A DNA stretch of 64,000 nt from the sequence record OR892555.1; one strand, given 5' to 3'. Of this stretch, positions 35,285 to 42,881 are shown one piece after another. The notes under the pieces were generated by a model. The model did not search any database and was not told the origin of the DNA. It saw only the letters and a program-made list of their open reading frames with translations. The stretch's first letter is position 1; each line of letters begins with the position of its first letter. The DNA comes from Escherichia phage EP1. Made by a program: the position numbers and the translations under genes.

Positions 35285-35797
35285 ATGATTACAGAAATTC
35301 GATTAAAGGAGATTTTAAAGTATGACCCCGATACAGGGGTCTTTACTTGGAAATTCAGAGAAGGTAATGCAAACTTTAACTCCAGATTTGGAGGCAAGAG
35401 GGCTGGAAACTACAGAACAAATACTGATGGTCACAAATCTGTCCAATTGCTGATTGATGGAAGGAGCTACCAAGCAAATCGTTTAGTTATCTTGTATATG
35501 GATGGATACCTACCCGATAAATCTTTACAGGTTGACCACAAAAACTGTGATGGATGGGATAACAGGTATTTGAATTTGAGGGTTTGCACAGCTTCACAAA
35601 ACTCTTGCAATCGGTCTAAGAAGTCTCTATCAGGTTTACCAAAAGGTGTTCAGAAGATAAGGAAACGTTTTAGGGCAATGCTTCGTTTGCAAGGAAGGAA
35701 TTACCATCTTGGGATGTTTGACACGCCTGAAGAAGCCCACGAAGCTTACTGTGAAGCTGCTATAAAACTCCACGGAGATTTTGCAAAACTTAGTTGA
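35285..35797 (+). CDS. HNH homing endonuclease with AP2 DNA-binding domain
   Basis: VDHKNCDGWDNRYLNLRVCTASQN HNH core; C-terminal AP2-like segment. Confidence 0.75.
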   Translation: MITEIRLKEILKYDPDTGVFTWKFREGNANFNSRFGGKRAGNYRTNTDGHKSVQLLIDGRSYQANRLVILYMDGYLPDKSLQVDHKNCDGWDNRYLNLRVCTASQNSCNRSKKSLSGLPKGVQKIRKRFRAMLRLQGRNYHLGMFDTPEEAHEAYCEAAIKLHGDFAKLS

Positions 35798-35822
35798 CAA
35801 GGTGCTCATGGAAGAGTACCAT
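35794..35822 (+). promoter_or_regulatory. sigma70-like promoter (TTGACA-17 nt-TACCAT) for downstream small genes
   Basis: consensus -35, TAnnnT -10, GGAG RBS before ATG at 35850. Confidence 0.45.
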
Positions 35823-35849
35823 ATACTATATATTGTATAGGAGACTTGT

Positions 35850-36050
35850 ATGACTATTTCAGAAATTGAAGTTCAACTGCAATGTGCTGGATACTCTCAA
35901 AGTGAGATTGAGTCTATGTGCATCATCATTTGCAGTAGCCATAAGCACCTCAAGCTTTCTAATGAAAATCTTCGCAAGGTTGATATTTTTATTGCTGGAG
36001 GTAAGATTATCAAGGATAAGACAGGCTACCTTAAAGGTGAACGTCTATGA
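35850..36050 (+). CDS. hypothetical protein
   Basis: 66-aa ORF with RBS. Confidence 0.45.
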   Translation: MTISEIEVQLQCAGYSQSEIESMCIIICSSHKHLKLSNENLRKVDIFIAGGKIIKDKTGYLKGERL

Positions 36051-36256
36051 GCCATCGTGGAAGAACTCATCTCGCCATGATGCAAGGGGCTTCAAAAGAG
36101 ACTATCAAGAATCGGAAGAAAACTCTTTTTGACAGAATGAATAGACTCATTGATAATGCAAGCCTACCTAACTCTGAAAAGGTTTTCTTGAAAGGGAATC
36201 TGAAGAGTATCGCACAGGAACTTATTGACATTGAATTTTGGAGACACCAAAAATGA
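36047..36256 (+). CDS. hypothetical protein
   Basis: 69-aa ORF, start overlaps upstream stop. Confidence 0.45.
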   Translation: MSHRGRTHLAMMQGASKETIKNRKKTLFDRMNRLIDNASLPNSEKVFLKGNLKSIAQELIDIEFWRHQK

Positions 36257-36504
36257 GCAATAAAGAGCAAGAAGCTTTAGCAATCTTCAAGAGCGAAGAC
36301 AAATCAATAGCTTTTGTCTCAGAGGCTTGGTGCAGAGATTTGGGGTATGATTGGTATCTCTTCTTATGCGCTAAGAAAGATGTTAAACCAGTTGATGAAA
36401 CCCGATTCAAAGAACTGTATAATATCTGCCAAGAGGGTTATGAAGAACATTACGAAGGTTCTTTGAATCTTGTAAATTCAAAAGCTTCAGACTTATTTTA
36501 TTGA
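36253..36504 (+). CDS. hypothetical protein (start moved to internal ATG)
   Basis: GGAGA RBS before ATG at 36253. Confidence 0.45.
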   Translation: MSNKEQEALAIFKSEDKSIAFVSEAWCRDLGYDWYLFLCAKKDVKPVDETRFKELYNICQEGYEEHYEGSLNLVNSKASDLFY

Positions 36505-36514
36505 GAGGTTCAAA

Positions 36515-36760
36515 ATGTTAAAATTATTGATACCAGCTTTAGTATTCTTACTGGTGGGGTGCAACCCTTCTTATGAGAATAAGGATGCCTCTTACAGACT
36601 TCCTCCAGAAATGCAAGACTGCAAGATTTACAAGCTTAATGGTGATGCCATTAGCAAAGATGTTATTGTAGTTCGCTGCCCAAATTCTCAGACGACAACT
36701 TCTTACAAGTATGGTAAGAATAATCAGTCACACACCACAGTTTTTGATGGAGGATATTGA
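36515..36760 (+). CDS. putative lipoprotein
   Basis: signal peptide with LVGC lipobox. Confidence 0.5.
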   Translation: MLKLLIPALVFLLVGCNPSYENKDASYRLPPEMQDCKIYKLNGDAISKDVIVVRCPNSQTTTSYKYGKNNQSHTTVFDGGY

Positions 36761-36761
36761 T

Positions 36762-36968
36762 ATGCAGGTTCTGGTAAACTTTATCTATAAGTATGAAAAC
36801 ATCTTCAGCACTATGACTGTAGCTCAACGCAATCCGGTTATCCCACGAGAAGGGGAGACTGTTGAGATTAATGATTGGAACTACAGAGTTGAAGAGGTCA
36901 AGCATAAACTTAAAGATGGTTATGACCACCAAGTTGTAAATGTGTATTTAAAAGGTAAGTGGCAATGA
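36762..36968 (+). CDS. hypothetical protein (start moved to internal ATG)
   Basis: GGAGG RBS before ATG at 36762. Confidence 0.4.
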   Translation: MQVLVNFIYKYENIFSTMTVAQRNPVIPREGETVEINDWNYRVEEVKHKLKDGYDHQVVNVYLKGKWQ

Positions 36969-37059
36969 GAGTCTTACATATCATCTCTGAAGATTTTGGA
37001 GGGTGCTCTTGGCACTCATTTTTCACAAAAGGCTGTCTAGCTTGTGAGGCACGTAATAA

Positions 37060-38160
37060 ATGACAATTCTGTACAAACAAAATAAAGATGGTTCTTTCAA
37101 CGTCTGGTCATGTGTTGCTGTAGGTGATAAAGTCGTCACAACTTATGGTAAAGAAAATGGCAAGATGATGTTTGAAGAGTACACAGCAGAACCTAAGAAC
37201 ATCGGTAAGAAGAATGAGCGTAATGCTGAACAGCAAGCTCTCTTTGAAGTTGCTGCTAAGTACAAGAAGCAGGTTGACCGTAAAGGTTATGCTTATTCAA
37301 AATCTGAAGCAGAGAACACTGAAAAGGTTGGTGTACAACTCGCACAAGATGCTGCAAAGGTAAGCCATGCCAAGTATTTGAAGTTCCCTGCTGATGCTCA
37401 ACCTAAGCTTGATGGTGTTCGTTGCCGCATATCAAGAGATGTTGACTCAGTGAACTTCACAGCTTATTCCCGTGAAAATACTGTGTACAACGTACCTGAA
37501 GAGTTGATTCCAGATTTACTCATGATGCTTAAACTCCATAAAGATGTTGATGATTTTGACGGTGAGATTTATGCTCATGGTTGGGACTTGGAAGATATTG
37601 TATCTATGATTAAGAATGCTGACAATCCAGACCGTCACCTGCTTAAATTCTACTGGTATGATATCTGTGATAAAACTAAAACTTGGCCTGAGCGTCGTGG
37701 AATCATTGATAACTCACCAATTGTTGAACTCGGTGATGCTTGCAGAGTTGTGCCTGTTCAAACTATCCGTGTCAACTCTTGGGAAGAGTTCGACAAAGCC
37801 CATGATAATTGGGTTAAGCTGAAGTTTGAAGGGGCTATGTACCGTTCAATCTCTGAAGAATCTTTCTACGAGTGTAGTCACCGTTCATACTTCTTAATCA
37901 AGCATAAGAAGATGCACACTGAAGAGTTTAAAGTAACTGGTGTGAAGACTGATAAACGTGGTCATGGTAAGTTCGTTGTAGAAACTCTTCCTAACGTCTT
38001 TGTAGATGTTTCATGGAAAACTACCCATGATAAGAAACAGTATCTTGCTGAACATCCTGAAGAGTTTATCGGGAAGCCTTTGACGGTTCAGTTCCAGAAG
38101 ATGACTCGTAAGGGGTCTTTACAGTTCCCTGTTGGCCTCGTTATACGAGATTATGAATAA
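37060..38160 (+). CDS. ATP-dependent DNA ligase
   Basis: adenylation motif I KLDGVR (KxDG) with ligase-like downstream motifs. Confidence 0.8.
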   Translation: MTILYKQNKDGSFNVWSCVAVGDKVVTTYGKENGKMMFEEYTAEPKNIGKKNERNAEQQALFEVAAKYKKQVDRKGYAYSKSEAENTEKVGVQLAQDAAKVSHAKYLKFPADAQPKLDGVRCRISRDVDSVNFTAYSRENTVYNVPEELIPDLLMMLKLHKDVDDFDGEIYAHGWDLEDIVSMIKNADNPDRHLLKFYWYDICDKTKTWPERRGIIDNSPIVELGDACRVVPVQTIRVNSWEEFDKAHDNWVKLKFEGAMYRSISEESFYECSHRSYFLIKHKKMHTEEFKVTGVKTDKRGHGKFVVETLPNVFVDVSWKTTHDKKQYLAEHPEEFIGKPLTVQFQKMTRKGSLQFPVGLVIRDYE

Positions 38161-38166
38161 AAGTTG

Positions 38167-38194
38167 TTGACATACACTCTCCGGTAGATATACT
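38167..38194 (+). promoter_or_regulatory. strong sigma70-like promoter (TTGACA-16 nt-TATACT) inside a 7-bp inverted repeat CCGGTAG/CTACCGG
   Basis: near-consensus hexamers; GGAG RBS before ATG at 38245. Confidence 0.55.
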
Positions 38195-38244
38195 AGCAAT
38201 ATAAAATTTGATATAGGAACTACCGGATGAGTTAGGAGAAGAAA

Positions 38245-38625
38245 ATGAAAAAGATTATGGTAGGTGTCATTCTGGCAACTCTGAGTTTTGGTGCATCAGC
38301 TATGAAGATGCCTGAAGCAGACTTTAGCAAGGTCTCTATGGAGGCTTGTCAGATTGTTCGTAAAGTCGTAACAGATGCTGGAGAGTTGACTAAACCGTTA
38401 TCTTCTCCAACTGTAATGGAAATGTCTGACCGTATCACTGATTACAATTACCGTGTGATGGCAGACTACTACGAAGCTGTTTCTGATGCTATGGTCACTC
38501 AGGATGTTGACTTGCTTGATGACAAAGACATTGAGAAGGTTGAAGATACTAAGCGTGACATGATGGATGAAACTTTTAAAGGTGTTCATTATTTTGTTGA
38601 AAAGCGTACTTGTGTAGGTTTATGA
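38245..38625 (+). CDS. secreted/periplasmic hypothetical protein
   Basis: N-terminal signal peptide MKKIMVGVILATLSFGASA. Confidence 0.5.
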   Translation: MKKIMVGVILATLSFGASAMKMPEADFSKVSMEACQIVRKVVTDAGELTKPLSSPTVMEMSDRITDYNYRVMADYYEAVSDAMVTQDVDLLDDKDIEKVEDTKRDMMDETFKGVHYFVEKRTCVGL

Positions 38626-38626
38626 T

Positions 38627-38830
38627 ATGAAGAAGAATCATTGCAGAAAGAACTATGGAGAAGTGCTTGACGATGAAGGTTATGCAATCTTTCGAGTTTA
38701 CTGTGCAGATGACTCTGAAGTAGATAAAGCACTTGATGATTATATCAATGGTACTCGTGAAAACGTCAGAGCAACAAACATAGATTCATTGATTGACACT
38801 TCCAGAAAACGGAGGAAGAAAGATGAATGA
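38627..38830 (+). CDS. hypothetical protein
   Basis: 67-aa ORF. Confidence 0.4.
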   Translation: MKKNHCRKNYGEVLDDEGYAIFRVYCADDSEVDKALDDYINGTRENVRATNIDSLIDTSRKRRKKDE

Positions 38831-39122
38831 AGTCTTTGACCCTTACGCCCCACAAGATAAGTGGGAAGCCGATAGAGAGTATGAGATGGAAAGTTATATC
38901 TGTCCAATGGATGTAGACGAAATGAGAGAGTTCGTTGCATTCCGTTTTGAAAAAGAAATTGAGAAAAGAAAACTTTCTCAGGCACAAGTGGCAAAAATTT
39001 GTGATATCTCTCAAAGTCGTGTTTCCAACATTGTCAATGGTACTGGAAAGATTACCCTTGAATACATGTTGAAAGCTTGTGAAAAACTTGGTGTTAACTT
39101 CAACTTAAGGTTGTCAGATTAA
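38823..39122 (+). CDS. helix-turn-helix DNA-binding protein (XRE-like)
   Basis: LSQAQVAKICDISQSRVSNIVNG HTH motif; GGAGG RBS before ATG at 38823. Confidence 0.55.
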   Translation: MNEVFDPYAPQDKWEADREYEMESYICPMDVDEMREFVAFRFEKEIEKRKLSQAQVAKICDISQSRVSNIVNGTGKITLEYMLKACEKLGVNFNLRLSD

Positions 39123-39123
39123 T

Positions 39124-39483
39124 ATGAAACGTGAAAATGCAATCATCAAAGGTAACTTCGCAATTGGCTTCTACGGGAAACCTACTGAAGCTGAGAAGGT
39201 ATGGGGTCATGAGATTCTCGAAGAGATGATTCCAAAACTCCAAAAAGGAGAAATCAAGCATTCTGAAAAGAATCGTGTGAAAGGTTATATGGCAATTGGT
39301 TCAGCTATATCTAACATCAAACTTGAGACGACATGTGCAAAAGATGTTCGTAACTCGTTTATCAAAGAACTTTTCAATAACCTTGATGGTGTTGATGCTA
39401 CCGCTATCTGGCTTGATATTGATGGTGTTAAGTATACAACTTTCGTATTTAAAAACGAGGATATCAAATGTCTCTTCCCGTAA
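39124..39483 (+). CDS. hypothetical protein
   Basis: 119-aa ORF. Confidence 0.45.
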   Translation: MKRENAIIKGNFAIGFYGKPTEAEKVWGHEILEEMIPKLQKGEIKHSEKNRVKGYMAIGSAISNIKLETTCAKDVRNSFIKELFNNLDGVDATAIWLDIDGVKYTTFVFKNEDIKCLFP

Positions 39484-39968
39484 AAATTGACTTGTTCTTC
39501 GGATACAATCTGATGACAGGATGTATGCTCAGTCTTCCAAAGTCTCCTTATCGTACTGAGAAGGGTGCTGTGAAACGTGCTGCACACTACAATAATGACT
39601 TAGGTCGTTTGCAGACGATTTACAAGTGGCTTGAAGAAGACGGTCGCGTGAATGAGTACTTTCATCAGCTTCGTATGTCTAATGAAGAAAATAAGATGGG
39701 TTACGAAATGTTCCCACGTCTTTACAAAGTGACTTCACCAACTTCTCAAACTTGGAATGAGAAGTCTATTGAGGGTTACAAAAAGGTCACAATGTCTCCG
39801 TTTAGTAGTGGTGCAGAGTTTGAGAAGCTACGTGAGATAATTTATCAGACTGTTGCAAAGCGTGTTGCAAAGGGTCTTTCTTATAATGAAAAGATTGACT
39901 GGAACACTCAAAAGGTTATACAATTCTTTGCATACGATAATGACAAACAAACTTTTGTAGAGGTTTAA
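39468..39968 (+). CDS. hypothetical protein
   Basis: 166-aa ORF. Confidence 0.5.
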   Translation: MSLPVKIDLFFGYNLMTGCMLSLPKSPYRTEKGAVKRAAHYNNDLGRLQTIYKWLEEDGRVNEYFHQLRMSNEENKMGYEMFPRLYKVTSPTSQTWNEKSIEGYKKVTMSPFSSGAEFEKLREIIYQTVAKRVAKGLSYNEKIDWNTQKVIQFFAYDNDKQTFVEV

Positions 39969-39969
39969 A

Positions 39970-40488
39970 ATGAAGATTGGAAACAGCTTAACAGAGCCAG
40001 AAGCAATCCTGCTTAAGGGTGTTATCAAAGAACATCTGAAAAATCGTAGACTCCAAGAAGGTACAATCCTGATTGAGACAAACTACGAAGCCGGAACGAT
40101 TGAGTTTCTTGATGAAGATACTGGTGATGCACTTTGCCTTTTACCAACTCACCTCTTCACTACTGAGTTCCGAGATTCTAAATCAATCTCTGTGAAGCTG
40201 GTTCCAAGCATTGAGTTGTATGAAGGTATGCAATATCCACGTAGCTTCAAAGCTTTACTTAACATCTTCATAGATGACATTGTAGATTTAGTAAGGCCAG
40301 AAGCTGGTGAGTATGTAATCACTGCTGAGTGTAAGAATAGCAGCTACATCACTCTCGCTGGTAATCTTTCAACGATGAACTTCTTAGATTTCATCCCGAA
40401 ACACTTTGAAGACTTTCTTTCATCGTGTGGTGATGACCTTGATTTCATTGTAAAACTGGAACAAGAATATAAGGTGAATAAGAAATGA
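39970..40488 (+). CDS. hypothetical protein
   Basis: 172-aa ORF. Confidence 0.5.
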   Translation: MKIGNSLTEPEAILLKGVIKEHLKNRRLQEGTILIETNYEAGTIEFLDEDTGDALCLLPTHLFTTEFRDSKSISVKLVPSIELYEGMQYPRSFKALLNIFIDDIVDLVRPEAGEYVITAECKNSSYITLAGNLSTMNFLDFIPKHFEDFLSSCGDDLDFIVKLEQEYKVNKK

Positions 40489-40754
40489 AAATCTTTAAAG
40501 TTGAACACTGTTACATGCAGAGTGGTGAGCCAATTCGTTGTCCACATTGTGGTGGCACAGACTTCCAAGGTGAGGTTACAGATATCATCTCTGGTCATGT
40601 AGCAGAAGAGTATACTCGTTGCCGTGGTTGTATGAAGATTGTTTCATTTTGGGCTTATGGAAGTTATGAGCCACACCCACACATTATTTACCATCCAGTT
40701 AAAGTGGTTAAGAACGTCATCAACTGGTTTATCATCAAGGGGTTTTTCAAATGA
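40485..40754 (+). CDS. small zinc-ribbon protein
   Basis: CPHCGG ... CRGC. Confidence 0.45.
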   Translation: MKIFKVEHCYMQSGEPIRCPHCGGTDFQGEVTDIISGHVAEEYTRCRGCMKIVSFWAYGSYEPHPHIIYHPVKVVKNVINWFIIKGFFK

Positions 40755-41296
40755 TTCGTTTAGTATTTGCAAGTGGTCGTAAAGGTGAGTTTGGTACTCC
40801 TGATGGAATGCCTTGGGAACGTAACCGTGAAGATATGAAAGAGTTTAAAAAGCTGACTCAAAACCAGCTTGTACTCATGGGTAATGAAACTTTCAAAACT
40901 CTTGGACGTAAACCTTTACCAAATCGTGAGAACATGATTCTGACAAACAACCTCCCATATTACGGTATAGACTTTGATAATGATGGCTTTGTCTTTGCAA
41001 AGGTTGACCCAGATTCTTTCGGTGCATTCTTGAAGAAGATTGACAGCCAGATTGATGAAAACGTATGTGTGATTGGTGGTGCAAACATCTTGAAAGCAGC
41101 TTTACCGTTTGCTGATGAAGTTTACCACACAGTTATCTATGAAATTACTAAAGAGCCAACTGTGTATCTTCCTGAAGAGGGATTCTTTGATTATTTACAC
41201 GAACCTGAACTCTTTGCTAGAATACAGGCTAAACCTCTGGATGACAAATCTGGGGTTGTAAATTTCTATGTTCCACAAGTAAGAGGACGTTTCTGA
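40751..41296 (+). CDS. dihydrofolate reductase
   Basis: DHFR-like GMPWERNREDMKEFKKLT...LVLMGNETFKTLG and VIGGANI; sits directly upstream of thyA. Confidence 0.75.
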   Translation: MIRLVFASGRKGEFGTPDGMPWERNREDMKEFKKLTQNQLVLMGNETFKTLGRKPLPNRENMILTNNLPYYGIDFDNDGFVFAKVDPDSFGAFLKKIDSQIDENVCVIGGANILKAALPFADEVYHTVIYEITKEPTVYLPEEGFFDYLHEPELFARIQAKPLDDKSGVVNFYVPQVRGRF

Positions 41297-41297
41297 T

Positions 41298-42194
41298 ATG
41301 TCACAAGCAGATGTAAGCTACAAAAATATCCTGAACCATGTTTTAACAGTTGGTGAGCAGCGTAAAACCCGAACTGGTTCTGTAATTTCAACGTTCTCAC
41401 CTCCAGAGTTTCGTTTTGATATGCGTACTGGTTTCCCTTTACTGACCTCTAAACAGGTTCTGACAAGACAAGTTATCGGGGAAGCTTTATGGTTCTTGAA
41501 CGGTGAGAATAAACTTGGTCATCTTCGCTATCGTACTTGGGGAGAAAACGATGGGGAACGTTGGACAATCTGGACAAATGACTTTGAACGCTGGCTTAAA
41601 ACAACATATGCAAGCGAGCAAGACTGGTTAGAGGATGCAGGTGGACGAATCTACGGTGTTCAGTGGAGAGCCTCAGAAGGTCATGGTGGCGTTACAGTTG
41701 ACCAGTTAGACAATCTGATTACCAAGATGAAAAAGTCTCCTACAGACCGTTACATGCTGGTTAACGCTTGGAATGCTGCTGATATCTCAGCTAATGCAAT
41801 GGCTTTACCACCTTGTCATGTGCTTTTCCAGATTTACATCTCGAATACTGGTGAAGTGGATTTAAAATGGTATCAACGTTCTGTAGACAGTTTCTTAGGT
41901 TTGCCATTTAACATTGCGTCTTATGGTTTCATCTTAGAAGTGCTTTGCAAGATGACTGGCTATACACCTCGTTATCTGATTGGTACTTTTGGTGACACTC
42001 AGATTTATCAGAACCATATGAGTCAGGTATTCCAGCTTTTAGGTAATGAAGAGTTTCCTGCACCGAAGTTTGAGATTGTTCAAGATTTGAAATGTCTGGA
42101 TGACCTAAAACATATGACTGCAAGTGACTTTATCGGTGGTTTCAAAGACTATCGACATGCAGGGAAGATTGAAGCTCCCTTGTCAGTAGGTTGA
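41298..42194 (+). CDS. thyA: thymidylate synthase
   Basis: active-site ALPPCHVLFQIY and WYQRSVDSFLGLPFNIASY match the ThyA signature. Confidence 0.9.
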   Translation: MSQADVSYKNILNHVLTVGEQRKTRTGSVISTFSPPEFRFDMRTGFPLLTSKQVLTRQVIGEALWFLNGENKLGHLRYRTWGENDGERWTIWTNDFERWLKTTYASEQDWLEDAGGRIYGVQWRASEGHGGVTVDQLDNLITKMKKSPTDRYMLVNAWNAADISANAMALPPCHVLFQIYISNTGEVDLKWYQRSVDSFLGLPFNIASYGFILEVLCKMTGYTPRYLIGTFGDTQIYQNHMSQVFQLLGNEEFPAPKFEIVQDLKCLDDLKHMTASDFIGGFKDYRHAGKIEAPLSVG

Positions 42195-42200
42195 TAGATA

Positions 42201-42240
42201 CAAAAAAGGCTCCTTTTTACGGGAGCCTTAAACTTATTTT
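42201..42240. terminator. bidirectional rho-independent terminator at the convergence of plus and minus blocks (A-run, GGCTCC-loop-GGAGCC, T-run)
   Basis: hairpin flanked by A-tract and T-tract between thyA stop and the converging minus-strand gene. Confidence 0.6.
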
Positions 42241-42608
42241 TTCTTAGCATTTTGAGTGTTCTGTTCAGTGATTGCTTGCAAAGCTGATACAGATTGTGCT
42301 AGGTTGTTAACACTGTCAGAGAATTTATCAAGGGTCTTGGTCAACTTGGCGTTTTCACCCTTTACGTTCTCTAGCTGAACCTTCTGGTTCTCCATGCCTA
42401 ATTGCAGGAGTTTCATGTCAGACTGTAAATCACGAATAGCTGAATAGTTGCTTTTGTTGTAACTATCTAGCTGCTGTAACTTTGTCGAAACGGAAACTTC
42501 CTGCTTCCCACTAGACACCTGCATTGTAGTGTACATACCAATTACACTGAAGATACCCACAACAATTGCACCAATGTTATTTTTGAAAGCATCCTCTAAC
42601 CACTTCAT
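42234..42608 (-). CDS. membrane-anchored coiled-coil protein
   Basis: N-terminal TM IGAIVVGIFSVIGMY then heptad-like Q/L/N-rich region. Confidence 0.45.
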   Translation of the reverse strand: MKWLEDAFKNNIGAIVVGIFSVIGMYTTMQVSSGKQEVSVSTKLQQLDSYNKSNYSAIRDLQSDMKLLQLGMENQKVQLENVKGENAKLTKTLDKFSDSVNNLAQSVSALQAITEQNTQNAKKK

Positions 42609-42802
42609 TCTTTCTCCCCTTTAAAGGCTTTTTCCAAGTTATTAACAAATTCATCATCAATAGGCGTATCTGTCTTACTCGCAAGGTATCTTGCAAGTCT
42701 GAAGAAGGCTTTCTCAATCATGTATTCACTCAGAAGGGAAAGTAGAAGTTTCCAGAGGAAGCTACCCAAGTTTTTTAAGAGGATTACTAGGATAGTCGGC
42801 AT
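42605..42802 (-). CDS. small hydrophobic/amphipathic protein
   Basis: 65-aa ORF with ILVILLKNLGSFLWKLLLSLL. Confidence 0.4.
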   Translation of the reverse strand: MPTILVILLKNLGSFLWKLLLSLLSEYMIEKAFFRLARYLASKTDTPIDDEFVNNLEKAFKGEKE

Positions 42803-42881
42803 TATGTCACCTCATCAGCCAAGATGGTGAGAATACCTATGAAAATATTAACACCGTCTTAACATTTAGTCAACAAATTGA

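Noticed and set aside
41298-42194. dCMP hydroxymethylase instead of thymidylate synthase
   Set aside because: The active-site region LPPCHVLFQIY and the YQRS.D...GLPFNIASY block match ThyA, and the gene is paired with DHFR; hydroxymethylase seems less likely, but a biochemical test would be decisive.
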